Of a stretch of DNA of 64,000 nucleotides, positions 19,118 through 28,881 are shown piece after piece. The position numbers were made by a program, and so were the translations under genes. The notes under the pieces were generated by a model that was given only the letters and a program-made list of their open reading frames with translations, made no database searches and was not told the origin of the DNA. Origin of the DNA: Candidatus Kapaibacterium sp. (GTDB lineage: Bacteria; Bacteroidota; Ignavibacteria; Palsa-1295); assembly GCA_035632315.1 (NCBI GenBank), contig DASQGZ010000048.1:64740-128739 (forward strand), given 5' to 3'. Within the stretch, counting starts at the first letter, position 1. Each line of letters opens with the position of its first letter.

Positions 19118-19981
19118 TTAGTTCAACATTGCCTTCATTCCAAATGCAGTTAGAAAATTCTCATATTGCTCTTTGACATGTTTATTTGCAATTTCAGAAA
19201 AATTTCCGGTTGCAGGGTCTACAACAGTTCGTAAAGGTCTTTTGCCTTTAGGGGTATCAATCAGTTGTACAATTGCATCAGCAACTAATTGAGAGTTTGG
19301 TTTTAAGGCTTCGAACATTTGCTTAACACCTGCTCCGATTTGTTCAGGAACATTTGCAAGGTCACCATATCCTGCAATGACAGTAGCGTCTGAACCGGAT
19401 ACTATTTTTCCCCAAACTTCAGTAGGAAAAGCACCGGGTTGTACCATGACCACATCAATCCCCAATGGTCTTGTTTCATAATGCAAGCCTTCTGTCAAGC
19501 CTTCGATCGCAAACTTAGCGCTATTGTAAACTGTCTGAAACGGAAAAGAGAATCGGCCGGCGACGCTTGAGATATTAATAATCAATCCCTCGTGCTGCTT
19601 ACGCATTTGGGGTAACGCCGCTCTGATAACTCTCCAAGCTCCTATCACATCCACATCCATTATTTTGACGACATCGTCATCCGTAAATGTTTCAGCGATT
19701 CCGGTTGCGTAGACTCCTGCATTATTTACGACCACATCAATTCTGCCTTCTTTGTCAATGATGGTTGCAAGAGCATCAGTTACAGATCTTCCTTTGGTAA
19801 CGTCAACATCCAATACTTTTATATTTGCCTGCTGAACTAACGACTCTGCCTTGTCAGCATTGCGACCATTCGTGTCACGCATGGTAGCATATACTTTGTG
19901 TCCTAACGCGGCACAACTTTTAGCCGCAAGCCTGCCAAAACCGCTGTTTGTTCCGGTAATTAAAATGACTTTCTTTTCCAT
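19118..19981 (-). CDS. SDR family short-chain dehydrogenase/reductase
   Basis: TGTNSGFG glycine-rich NAD(P)-binding motif and a YxxxK catalytic region. Confidence 0.85.
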   Translation of the reverse strand: MEKKVILITGTNSGFGRLAAKSCAALGHKVYATMRDTNGRNADKAESLVQQANIKVLDVDVTKGRSVTDALATIIDKEGRIDVVVNNAGVYATGIAETFTDDDVVKIMDVDVIGAWRVIRAALPQMRKQHEGLIINISSVAGRFSFPFQTVYNSAKFAIEGLTEGLHYETRPLGIDVVMVQPGAFPTEVWGKIVSGSDATVIAGYGDLANVPEQIGAGVKQMFEALKPNSQLVADAIVQLIDTPKGKRPLRTVVDPATGNFSEIANKHVKEQYENFLTAFGMKAMLN

Positions 19982-19995
19982 GATTTTTCCCTTTC

Positions 19996-20385
19996 TTATT
20001 TGCCCTTTGGATATGTGAAGTTGATCTTTTCTTCGAGCGTCTTAATGGGACGCACCTGAATCCGAGCATTCACCGTATGTTTGTAGCTGAGTTCCGGATT
20101 CCCCTTTGCGATGGCGATTGCCTCATCGAGATCGGCTGCCAGAATGTGGTAATATCCGACGATAACCTCTTTTGATTCGATGAACGGACCGTCCTTGAAT
20201 GATCCCGGTCTACCGGATATCATCGCGCCCTCGTTCAAGAGCGGCTGCGCGCCGACCAGGTTGCCGTTCTTTATAAGGCCTTCGATATAGGTCGAGACTG
20301 CATTCAGGAACTCCAGATATTTCTCGGCTGACATCCCGTGGTCCTTGTCAATGTCATTATGGATCAGTATCATGAATTCTTTCAT
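19996..20385 (-). CDS. YciI-like (YCII-related) protein. The track ORF extends to 20439, but the likely start is MKEFMIL at 20385.
   Basis: ~129 aa with the size and pattern of YciI. It is adjacent to an ECF sigma gene as in ECF41/DUF6596-type clusters. Confidence 0.65.
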   Translation of the reverse strand: MKEFMILIHNDIDKDHGMSAEKYLEFLNAVSTYIEGLIKNGNLVGAQPLLNEGAMISGRPGSFKDGPFIESKEVIVGYYHILAADLDEAIAIAKGNPELSYKHTVNARIQVRPIKTLEEKINFTYPKGK

Positions 20386-20546
20386 AAGTTTAGTACGATT
20401 AAATAGTTTGAAAATAGTGCTTATTTGATGGGGAGACAAACAAGATTTGGGATTAGGGACATGCCAGGGAAAATTAAAAATGTAAAATGTAAAATTGGGG
20501 AAATCGAGGGGAATCGGACATTCCGGAGGGGAAATGTGCCTTCTAT

Positions 20547-21854
20547 TTAAGACTTCTCTTTCAGCGACATCTTTTTCTTTTCAAGCAATTCCTTTTCCGC
20601 CGGAAGCGGCGCGAGTTCGATCGCACGTTCCAGAGATTTGATCGCGTCAGACGTTTGCTCCAACTGGTCGTAAAACTCTGCCTGCGTAGAATAGAACAGA
20701 TGATACGATTTGACAGATGGATTCTCTTTTATTCTCTCAAGTTCAGCCAGTGCAGATTCGGCTCCGTGGACCTTCGAAAGCGAGATCGCACGATTGAGCA
20801 GAACGAGTGGCGAGCTATCGAGTTGGATCAGGCTATCGTAAAGAGAAAGGATGTTTTTCCAATCTGTAGATTTGTAATCGGCCGCAATGCAATACGTTGC
20901 CGAGATCGCGGCGAGAATATGGTAGATGCTGAGGTCTCCATTCTCAGTTGATTGCTGCAGATAGCTCAGACCGATACGTTGTTTTTGTGTATCCCATAAG
21001 CTGCGATCCTGTTCAGCCATTGTCAGCAGATTTCCTTCGGCATCCTGGCGCGCAGCAAATCGCGATGAATCCAGGAACATCAGCGAGAGCAACGCATATA
21101 CATTTCCTTTCTGCCGAATCGCATTATCGTCGGCCAGCATCTGCGCCAGTCTGATGGCTTCTTCGCATAGTTCGTAGCGAATAAGGTTAGTGCCTTTCGA
21201 TGCGCTGTAGCCTTCGTTGAAGAGAAGATAGATCGTTTCAAGAACGGTGCTCTGCCGCTTTTCGAGATTTTTTCCTTCGGGCACTTCAAACGGAATTTTA
21301 TCTTCGCGGATTTTTTGTCTCGCTCTGACTAATCGTTTATGAATATTAACTTCCGTTGTCAGAAATGCTCTCGCAATTTCGGGAATGCTGAATCCGCAGA
21401 GCGTTTTTAGTGCGAGAGCAATTTGTGAGTCCGCAGAGATCGATGGATGGCAGCAGGTAAAGATCATGCGAAGCTGGTCGTCCTGGATTTCTTCTTCGGA
21501 AAAAAGATGATTTAGCGCCGGCTCGGCAGTCCATTCTGATTGCAAATAATGTGAAACTTCGGTTACATACTCGTTCTTATATTTCTCGCGGTTAAGGACA
21601 TTGAGTGCCTTGTTCCTGGCGACGCGGTAGAGCCATGCCGTCGGGTTATCAGGCACGCCTTTTTCTTTCCACTGACCGAGTGCTTCGATGAGTGAGTCCT
21701 GTACGACGTCTTCAGCCATTTCCAGGTTTCTTGAGCCAAAGATACGCGTAAGAACGGAAACGATCCTTCCCGTTTCATGTCGGGACAAATTCTCAATGAG
21801 ATCGTTAATATCCAATGTTTCTTCTTCGGTAGGCATACTGAAGGGCGTCATCAT
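20547..21854 (-). CDS. ECF-type sigma-70 family factor with a long C-terminal extension (DUF6596-like)
   Basis: Region 2 (DVVQDSLIEAL..W) and region 4 HTH followed by a ~200-aa TPR-like tail. Confidence 0.7.
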   Translation of the reverse strand: MMTPFSMPTEEETLDINDLIENLSRHETGRIVSVLTRIFGSRNLEMAEDVVQDSLIEALGQWKEKGVPDNPTAWLYRVARNKALNVLNREKYKNEYVTEVSHYLQSEWTAEPALNHLFSEEEIQDDQLRMIFTCCHPSISADSQIALALKTLCGFSIPEIARAFLTTEVNIHKRLVRARQKIREDKIPFEVPEGKNLEKRQSTVLETIYLLFNEGYSASKGTNLIRYELCEEAIRLAQMLADDNAIRQKGNVYALLSLMFLDSSRFAARQDAEGNLLTMAEQDRSLWDTQKQRIGLSYLQQSTENGDLSIYHILAAISATYCIAADYKSTDWKNILSLYDSLIQLDSSPLVLLNRAISLSKVHGAESALAELERIKENPSVKSYHLFYSTQAEFYDQLEQTSDAIKSLERAIELAPLPAEKELLEKKKMSLKEKS

Positions 21855-21913
21855 GGCCGAAATTCATCCTAACAGAGTTATTTTTAAAGAAAACTCCTTA
21901 CAAAAATACAAAA

Positions 21914-22008
21914 TAAAAAAAACCGTTAACGCAGGGAGCTATAGCGGCTTCAATATATACCACCGGTGAAGACTTACTTTCCCAAGCCTGACTGGCTAAG
22001 TATTATCA
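21914..22008 (-). repeat. Decayed copy 1 of the 5S rRNA 3'-end plus terminator unit
   Basis: An A-run, a degenerate hairpin and ~45 nt matching the 5S 3' end (GACTTACTTTCCCAAGCCTGACTGGCTAAGTATTATCA versus 31124-31160). The stop codon of gene 21996-22595 lies inside it. Confidence 0.55.
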
Positions 22009-22595
22009 ATGCCCCCAGAGGAGAATGCAAGAATTATATTTGCGTAAGTTCGCCAGTCCTTCATGCTCGTATCAATTCTTAAGTATGGAAGACGAGTTTT
22101 GCCAAGAGCATCAATTCTTCTTTGTTGAGAGGTTTGAACTGCAGCTATCGCATTCTCTCGAGATCCGTAATATGCAATCATCACATCGGCATATTCATTA
22201 TTCTCAGTGCGGTCAATGGATCGGCGTTCAGTAAGTGAAGCTTCGAAGCTAAGCAAAATAATACAAGCCCCCAATTCAAACAGCCGTTTGTCGAAAGCTT
22301 CCAATTTTTCCCAATAAGGAAAGAGAGCGTAGCCTGTAGGATGAAATCGCTCAACAACAATTATCTCGGATGGCTGTTTTTCCTTATGCTGCTCAATGTG
22401 GCGAAGACTTACTTCCAATGCATCAAAATGCGGCTCTGCTTTCCATGATTCATCTCGTACTTGCTGCATAAGACTACCCAGAGTTTCCTCTTCAGAAATA
22501 TAATATGTTGTTGTCGGCAAGAGTGTTTTTAAGTCTCTGATAACGGAGCTTTTTCCCGATCCGGTAACACCTTCTATGATTATGATTCGATTCAT
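21996..22595 (-). CDS. P-loop NTPase / kinase-like protein
   Basis: Walker A motif EGVTGSGKSS. The C-terminal 4 codons are encoded by the 5S-like repeat. Confidence 0.5.
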   Translation of the reverse strand: MNRIIIIEGVTGSGKSSVIRDLKTLLPTTTYYISEEETLGSLMQQVRDESWKAEPHFDALEVSLRHIEQHKEKQPSEIIVVERFHPTGYALFPYWEKLEAFDKRLFELGACIILLSFEASLTERRSIDRTENNEYADVMIAYYGSRENAIAAVQTSQQRRIDALGKTRLPYLRIDTSMKDWRTYANIILAFSSGGIDNT

Positions 22596-22671
22596 CGCAC
22601 GGGTAATGAGGCACAGCGCAAAATAATTCTATAAAAAACCTGTCAACCCAGAGCAATTTCTCCTAAAAACT

Positions 22672-22732
22672 AAAAACTTACAACTAACGATTACCCCACC
22701 TACTTCCCCAAGCCGACTTGCTAAATATCATC
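22672..22732 (-). repeat. Decayed copy 2 of the 5S 3'-end unit
   Basis: CCTACTTCCCCAAGCCGACTTGCTAAATATCATC is ~85% identical to the 5S 3' end. It contains the stop codon of gene 22728-23255. Confidence 0.5.
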
Positions 22733-23255
22733 CACTGGTCTTCGGTTTGCGCTTTAGAATCAGAGCACAAATGAGGCTGATGAAGACACCGACTGGAAAG
22801 ATCTCGAGGAATGTCATCCCTAATTCTATGAACGGATTGGCGTACCACTGCTTCCACTCGGCCATTTCCTTCGTTTTTGCCAGAATTACTGAATCCGATG
22901 CGCCGCTCTTTTTCAGGTTATTCACCATTTGTGCAGCATATTTATCGGCAAAATCGGGCAAGGCGATGGAGGAATAAATTTTCCAGCTTACTACATAAAA
23001 CACCGAAGCAATGATCGAGATATAGAGGCCAATGAGAAACGCTCTCCCAAAAGTCACGCTGCCGCCCAAATAATTATCGCGGTAATTGCGAATGCCGAAG
23101 AAGATCATCGAAAGCGAAACGATCATCGTGGCATAGCCCACCACCATGGAAGTCGAACTGCCTTCGGATGCCAATGGCACCGAAAACGAAATGACCATTA
23201 AGACGACAATGATAAGCCCGGCAATAATGCCGTAGGTGAAAACAACTTTACGCAT
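22728..23255 (-). CDS. Hypothetical 4-TM membrane protein
   Basis: 175 aa with four hydrophobic helices. Confidence 0.4.
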   Translation of the reverse strand: MRKVVFTYGIIAGLIIVVLMVISFSVPLASEGSSTSMVVGYATMIVSLSMIFFGIRNYRDNYLGGSVTFGRAFLIGLYISIIASVFYVVSWKIYSSIALPDFADKYAAQMVNNLKKSGASDSVILAKTKEMAEWKQWYANPFIELGMTFLEIFPVGVFISLICALILKRKPKTSG

Positions 23256-23397
23256 AGGTGTATTGATTAATGATTTTTTTTTTTTGGTTTATTTCGATCA
23301 CATGAATCGACGGCAGCAAAAATAGCTATTTCCACCGGAAATGTCAATAGCACTTTAGTGTATTTCTGCAAAAATAATGACATTTAGCACTTTGGTG

Positions 23398-23832
23398 CTA
23401 TTCGATGAGACCAATACGGCGCGCTTTTTCGATCGCCTGTGTGCGGCGCTCGGCTTCGAGCTTCCGGAATAAGGTCGAAGTGTGCTTCTTGACGGTATTG
23501 AGCGAAAGAAATAATCTATCTGCGATTTCCTGATTGGAATGCCCGGCGGCGATCAGATGAAGCACTTCGCTTTCACGGGGACTGATACCGAGATCGGCAG
23601 GAGATATCCGGGCAGATTGAGCCACTTCGGCAAGCATGAACTGCGTTCGGTGAGTTGCCGTCAGCTTCCGGCCTATCCAAAGGCCGAGCAATGTGAACAC
23701 CAGAGCAATAACGCCGACATAGTACTCTATCTTCAGATCATAGACAAAGTATTTATAATCGACGAACTTCAGCAGCAACAGCAGTCCCGCCATCGAAAGC
23801 GCATATAAATAGATCGGTCGTTTCACGGACAC
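23398..23832 (-). CDS. Membrane-anchored LuxR/GerE-family HTH transcriptional regulator
   Basis: N-terminal TM helices and a C-terminal LuxR HTH (ESEVLHLIAAGHSNQEIADRLFLSLNTVKKH). Confidence 0.7.
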   Translation of the reverse strand: MSVKRPIYLYALSMAGLLLLLKFVDYKYFVYDLKIEYYVGVIALVFTLLGLWIGRKLTATHRTQFMLAEVAQSARISPADLGISPRESEVLHLIAAGHSNQEIADRLFLSLNTVKKHTSTLFRKLEAERRTQAIEKARRIGLIE

Positions 23833-23912
23833 AAAGATACGAAGAAAGCCAAAAAACCCGCTAGCACGAAGCGATAGCGCGCTAACATAGAAAAAACAAG
23901 AACTATGGGCAG

Positions 23913-24623
23913 TTATTCAGATTGTTTTCCAAAACCAAACAGTACGCCGAGGGTAATGCGAAAATCTCTGGTAAAAATTTTCTGATTATCAACCTCTCCT
24001 CCACCCAGATCTTTACCATATTGAGCATTAAGATTCGTTAACCCGTAATCATAGGCTGCTTCGAGAAAAATCATCGTCGTCGGACTAACATTATAGGTCG
24101 CCCCTACTCCACCTATAATTCCGAAATTTATTGAAGTAATGTCGCTATCAGGTATATCGATTGTCGAATCTGTCACAGACGTAGTAACTCTCTGCTTTGC
24201 AGAAAGTTTGAATCCAATCTCAGGCCCTATGAATACCATCGGCCTCACATTCCCAGAGCCGAACGATATTTTGAAAAGAATTGGGATTTCAAAATAAGAG
24301 CCATTATACGAGGATGAATATTTGTATGATGTACCAAATAATGTAAACGTCTGATCTGTGGTACCTCCTTTTTGCACATAAGACGGCTGCGCCGACACGC
24401 CAAAATGATCTGAAAACCAGTAGTCAAATTCCGCGCCGATGGCAATGCCGGTTGTCGATCCGTGCGTCAAGCCGGATATTGTGTCAGGGTCGAATGATAG
24501 CGAGCCGATATCAATTCCACCTCTAGCACCAATCCAGATACGAGGTGATTGAGCATGAAGCTGGCCTCCTGCAGTGGTGAGGAGCAACAATGCCCCGAGA
24601 ACCCAAACATGACGTTGTTCCAT
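23913..24623 (-). CDS. Outer-membrane beta-barrel (porin-family) protein
   Basis: Signal peptide, alternating amphipathic strands and a C-terminal aromatic-rich strand. Confidence 0.6.
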   Translation of the reverse strand: MEQRHVWVLGALLLLTTAGGQLHAQSPRIWIGARGGIDIGSLSFDPDTISGLTHGSTTGIAIGAEFDYWFSDHFGVSAQPSYVQKGGTTDQTFTLFGTSYKYSSSYNGSYFEIPILFKISFGSGNVRPMVFIGPEIGFKLSAKQRVTTSVTDSTIDIPDSDITSINFGIIGGVGATYNVSPTTMIFLEAAYDYGLTNLNAQYGKDLGGGEVDNQKIFTRDFRITLGVLFGFGKQSE

Positions 24624-24679
24624 ATAAAGGTCATTGAGTGAATTACAACAAAGATACTAAAGAATCTTGATGCGAGATA

Positions 24680-24745
24680 AAAAAAAACTCGAATGCAAGA
24701 GCGATAGCGGGGTAACATACAACCCCCTGACGATGACCTACTTTC
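24680..24745 (-). repeat. Decayed copy 3 of the 5S 3'-end plus terminator unit. It is a candidate distal boundary of the island.
   Basis: AAAAAAAACTCGAATGCAAGAGCGATAGCGGGGTAACATACAACCCCCTGACGATGACCTACTTTC is ~85% identical to 31068-31135 (terminator, flank and the last 25 nt of 5S). Confidence 0.55.
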
Positions 24746-25037
24746 AGATTCTTCGCGGAGTTTTCACTGAGCAGATGTGAATGTGCTCAGAATGACACCG
24801 CTGGTTGAGCTTTATAGATTAATATCACAAAAGTATATAAAAATTTGATAAATTACACTATTTATCAATATTTTATCAATAATACTTGCATTTTTGATTT
24901 TTATTTCGTATATTTGCAGCCAGAGATTAGCCAACATATCTGAAGCCGGCATCCTGCCCGCTCATCATTCAGCGTTTCCGGCACCTCCTTCATTCAAGTA
25001 CTGCGAAGTACATTTATTGCCAAGTACTTTTATCGTT

Positions 25038-26426
25038 ATGCAACAGACAACTCCTTCCGAGTTCGCGCATTCGCGGCTTGGGCTTACTTCATGGAAAAAA
25101 TTCGATGCCATTTTCGAAGCCGTCGAAGCGGGGCATCGGCGCATACTCGTTCGAAGCGCAAATGGCGTCGGCAAAACGACGGCGCTTGCGGCGCTTTGCA
25201 ACTGGAAGCTTTCGACTTCGGACGAATGCATCGTCCTCACCACAAGCTCCAGCGAAAAACAGCTTCGGCATAATCTTTGGGGTGAGATCAGGGCGCAGGC
25301 GATGAAAGCGAATCTGTATGAACCGAAAGATATCACTGATACGCGCATCAAGCTCGGCGAAAAAAGATTTATGCTTGCGGTTTCTCCTGCAAAGCCAGAA
25401 TCCGCGCAGGGGTTTCATGCTGCAAGCATGCTCATTGCCGTTGATGAAGCCACCGGGGTTCGCCGCGATATTCTTTCTTCGCTGATCGCAACGGCAAGCA
25501 GTGACGACGTGCAGATCGTGATGATCTATAATCCCATCACACCCGATAGTTTTGTTTATGAAGCAGAGCGATCGGGCGATTGGCACCTCGTCACGATCAG
25601 CGCGCTCGAACATCCGAACGTTGCAAAGAAAAAAACGAAGATCGCAGGCGCCGTTACCTTGAAAGCGACGGAGCATAACCTCAAACTCTGGAGCGAAGAA
25701 GCGGCGCCGGATGACGGCGAATCGTTCGAGCTGCACGGCAAATGGTGGCGCAAGACGCTCGAAGTCTGCCGCCGCATTCTCGGTCAGTGGTACGACGATT
25801 TTGGCGAAGGTATCATCTCGCGCGCGCTCGTGAATGCTGCAATCACCAATACAAATGCCGAGCGCGGAGCGAAGTCGATGGGTGTCGATCTTGCCGGCGG
25901 CGGCAAGGACGAGACCGTGATCGCCCGCTTCGATGGAGGCATCGGGTTGCCGCTGATCGTTATGCGCTCATCAAAAATTCTTGATATCGTTTCACGCATC
26001 GAAGAAGAATACCGCTCAGGATTTACGCGCATTGCCATCGATGAAACAGGTGTCATCGGCACGGCGTCCGAACTGCTTGCTGTGCGCGATATCAAGGTGC
26101 ATTCGGTTGCATTCTCGGCAAAGGCGATCGGCACATACGACAGCCGCGTCCGAACGCTCGGCAACAGGCGAATGGAAATGTATTACCATCTGCGCGAAGA
26201 ACTGCGCGCCGAAAAATTGCAATTAGTAGATGACGGAAAACTTGCCGAAGAACTTTGCACGATGAAGCTATCGACCAAAAGCACGAACGATAAATATTAC
26301 CTCGAACCGAAAGAGAATATCACCGCCCGCCTCGGCCACTCCCCCGATCGCGCCGATGCTACAGCGCTGGCACGATATGCGAATTTATTAGCGGAATATG
26401 ATGCCAAACCGCTCGTGATGTTTTGA
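25038..26426 (+). CDS. Phage terminase large subunit-like protein (ATPase plus RNase-H-like nuclease). The track ORF starts at 24894, but the likely start is MQQTTPSEF.
   Basis: Walker A NGVGKTT, Walker B VDEA and a C-terminal nuclease domain beginning GVDLAGGGKDETVIA and ending PDRADA. Upstream is a Bacteroidetes-type -7 element TATATTTG. Confidence 0.65.
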   Translation: MQQTTPSEFAHSRLGLTSWKKFDAIFEAVEAGHRRILVRSANGVGKTTALAALCNWKLSTSDECIVLTTSSSEKQLRHNLWGEIRAQAMKANLYEPKDITDTRIKLGEKRFMLAVSPAKPESAQGFHAASMLIAVDEATGVRRDILSSLIATASSDDVQIVMIYNPITPDSFVYEAERSGDWHLVTISALEHPNVAKKKTKIAGAVTLKATEHNLKLWSEEAAPDDGESFELHGKWWRKTLEVCRRILGQWYDDFGEGIISRALVNAAITNTNAERGAKSMGVDLAGGGKDETVIARFDGGIGLPLIVMRSSKILDIVSRIEEEYRSGFTRIAIDETGVIGTASELLAVRDIKVHSVAFSAKAIGTYDSRVRTLGNRRMEMYYHLREELRAEKLQLVDDGKLAEELCTMKLSTKSTNDKYYLEPKENITARLGHSPDRADATALARYANLLAEYDAKPLVMF

Positions 26427-26465
26427 GGGCATATCCGTTTGGGATTGAAAGTGGCTCCGAGAGGC

Positions 26466-26975
26466 TTAACGTTTCAATCTTGCCGAGAATTCAACCCCAA
26501 TTTCCGCAACAAAATCAGAATCATTGACCCAGCGAACATTCATATTTTCACAGACATTTGGAATTCTTACATTTCTTGCACTTGGGGCAGTTACTTTCCC
26601 CTCCTTGGTAACAACGCAAGCATTTTCTTTCATAGCGTGTGCAATTACCCAAGGGTCAGCAAGCGACCGATTCCTTCTATTATCCACGAGAAACTTATGC
26701 AGTGGATTCGTGTCGTATATTTTTTGCAAACATTTTGTAACTTCTTCATCTATTGGCTTTTTCTCTATGCTACTTTCTCGCAACCATTCTGCCAGGTCAT
26801 CATCCGTTTTCGTAATTTCTTCGAAGACATTTTCTGGTAGAAAAATTATCCCCGTGTGACCAATATCATTGAGAATACTCCAATAATCCGGGCAGAATTT
26901 TGGAGAATAATAAAATTGCCAAGCCTGAATAAGGACGTTGGCGTCCAAACAATATTTATCAGAGCGTGGGGGCAT
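26466..26975 (-). CDS. DUF4411-like PIN-fold protein, putative nuclease/toxin
   Basis: 169 aa with the N-terminus YCLDANVLIQAW. It lies 8 nt downstream of the ImmA/IrrE gene, so it is an operon partner. Confidence 0.55.
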   Translation of the reverse strand: MPPRSDKYCLDANVLIQAWQFYYSPKFCPDYWSILNDIGHTGIIFLPENVFEEITKTDDDLAEWLRESSIEKKPIDEEVTKCLQKIYDTNPLHKFLVDNRRNRSLADPWVIAHAMKENACVVTKEGKVTAPSARNVRIPNVCENMNVRWVNDSDFVAEIGVEFSARLKR

Positions 26976-26983
26976 TATTAAAA

Positions 26984-28168
26984 TTAATAAAGCTGTGCTA
27001 GCATTTTAGGGAATTTAGTGAGTGAAATATTTAATAAGCTGCTTGCCTGGGTCGGTTGAATAAATCCACCTTTGAAAGCATCAATAACAGTCTGTGTAAA
27101 TAATTTGCCATTTTTATTTGCAAGCAACAAATAATAGTTAGGCCCCCCTTCTTTCTCTTTAGAAGCAAGTTTCTTGGCAGTCTCCTTTTCAATGTATTTC
27201 TGAAACTCTTTGTCGAGTATATTCTTAATAACCCTGTATTTCTCTAAGGAAATTAAACCTAAATTGTACCCGCGTACTAACAACGCTAACGAGCTTACGC
27301 CAAAAATTTTTGAAGTCTTGTACAATTTTTCCTGAGAATGGAAAAGTGACGGATCCAACTTCTTGATTATCTGGTAAGGCATTAATGCCGATGCGGCTAC
27401 TTCATTGCAAAAATATTCAACTGGTTCAGGATGGCCTGCAGATTTTGCCTGCGGAATTATGTCATTAGAAATTCCGGATGCTGCAATCCAAACATGTGCA
27501 AGTTCATGTACAAGTGTAAATAACTGAGGAGTATCCCAATCATTGGAATTGATAAACACGAATGGTGCATGCTGGTCGGCAAGAGCAAAACCTTGCATCT
27601 CGTCGCTATCTAATAAGAGTTTCGAATGTATTAAGCTTGTTCTTGAAATAAATATCCCAGCCCGTTCAGCGCTTGCAATCCATTCACGATACGGATTCAC
27701 CGTTTTATAGTGAGCTGGATCAATTTGCAAGGTCTGTAGGATATCAGCAGCTACCTTTGCCGGGTCATCTGATGAAGAAAATTTTCCAACGAACGGAAGC
27801 TTCTCTTCTCCATTCTCTTGGTAAAATTCTCTCATCCATTCTTGTTTTTGACGAAGTTCTCTAATAATAAATTCGGATGCCGTCCCCAATGGCTTCGCAC
27901 TTTTTTTTCGAAAATCCTTTAATGGTTGAAAGTCTATTGGGGGCTCGGGAAGAAAGAAAATGGCAAAGGGTCTTTTATAGACTTTCGCTAATTTCTGTGC
28001 TTGTTTAATAGTTGGCAGGCCTGTACCGGCTTCCCATTCCAGTAACTTGTCAGTATCAATTGCCGCTTTTAAGGCAGCAATTTCAGGAGAAATTTTTGCA
28101 GTTTCTCGAGCCCACTTAAGGACGACGGGTGTAACGTTTGCTCGGTCTGCCATTAGAGATGAAAACAC
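26984..28168 (-). CDS. XRE-type HTH fused to an ImmA/IrrE family zinc metallopeptidase (DUF955 / M78)
   Basis: N-terminal HTH and the HELAHVW HEXXH motif. Confidence 0.8.
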   Translation of the reverse strand: MFSSLMADRANVTPVVLKWARETAKISPEIAALKAAIDTDKLLEWEAGTGLPTIKQAQKLAKVYKRPFAIFFLPEPPIDFQPLKDFRKKSAKPLGTASEFIIRELRQKQEWMREFYQENGEEKLPFVGKFSSSDDPAKVAADILQTLQIDPAHYKTVNPYREWIASAERAGIFISRTSLIHSKLLLDSDEMQGFALADQHAPFVFINSNDWDTPQLFTLVHELAHVWIAASGISNDIIPQAKSAGHPEPVEYFCNEVAASALMPYQIIKKLDPSLFHSQEKLYKTSKIFGVSSLALLVRGYNLGLISLEKYRVIKNILDKEFQKYIEKETAKKLASKEKEGGPNYYLLLANKNGKLFTQTVIDAFKGGFIQPTQASSLLNISLTKFPKMLAQLY

Positions 28169-28202
28169 ACAAGCACCTATAAAGTGGTTCCATAATGTAG
28201 AC

Positions 28203-28754
28203 TTATATTACTTCCCAGGCAGAAATTTTGGCCTGTTGATGGATAGGATGCTTTAAACCAGTACGTATTTGCTCTATACGATTCCCCAATTTAATTTTTA
28301 CTACCGATTTTGCAATTGCCTCAAAAGATTTTAAAAGAGGTTCAGTGCTAATAATAGCCGGACTATGTTCATAGCTAATCGTTAACACTGCTTTTCTTTC
28401 CTTACCCTTCCATTCCCGAAGTTTTAAGCAATCGCCTATCGCGCTTGAATTCCCCGGATATGGATGGAGGAGATTCACTGTCCAATTTTCAGCTTCTTTG
28501 CCGTTATCACCATACGGCCGTGCAATTTTAAACTCAATTGCCCAATAATCTTCTATCAGAAGATCTGGATTGCGTTTTGCCTTGCATCGCCCATCGAAAT
28601 GTTTAAGCTGATTCAGGTAGTATTCTATTCTCTTGACCAGTTGCGGCTCACCATACGGCCCGACTCCGGGATGATAGGCCTTAAACGGCGGATCGTTTTT
28701 ATCAATTTGAACCAGTGCATCTGAGATGTCTTTTACAACATTGTTCAGTGTCAT
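28203..28754 (-). CDS. Hypothetical protein with a PD-(D/E)xK-like nuclease motif
   Basis: RNPD-LLI-EDYWAIEFK fits D...(D/E)xK spacing. It lies 34 nt upstream of the ImmA/IrrE gene on the same strand. Confidence 0.35.
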   Translation of the reverse strand: MTLNNVVKDISDALVQIDKNDPPFKAYHPGVGPYGEPQLVKRIEYYLNQLKHFDGRCKAKRNPDLLIEDYWAIEFKIARPYGDNGKEAENWTVNLLHPYPGNSSAIGDCLKLREWKGKERKAVLTISYEHSPAIISTEPLLKSFEAIAKSVVKIKLGNRIEQIRTGLKHPIHQQAKISAWEVI

Positions 28755-28881
28755 AGTAGTAAGATATTTCTTGAAAGAAATAAAAGTTGCTTATGCAGAG
28801 TGATAGTCGTTTACCATACAATCCCTGTCAACGATCCGTTCGCCACCGATCACCTTTTGCGATCTTGGGAGAGCCGAATTT

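Noticed and set aside
14721-20500. Shared ATTAAAAATGTAAAAT 16-mer at 14721 and 20478
   Set aside because: Low-complexity AT-rich sequence. The 14.7 kb copy is adequately explained as a convergent terminator hairpin.
21914-24745. The possibility that the 5S-like segments are additional 5S rRNA genes
   Set aside because: They cover only the 3'-terminal 25-45 nt of 5S plus the downstream flank, so they cannot fold into a 5S rRNA.
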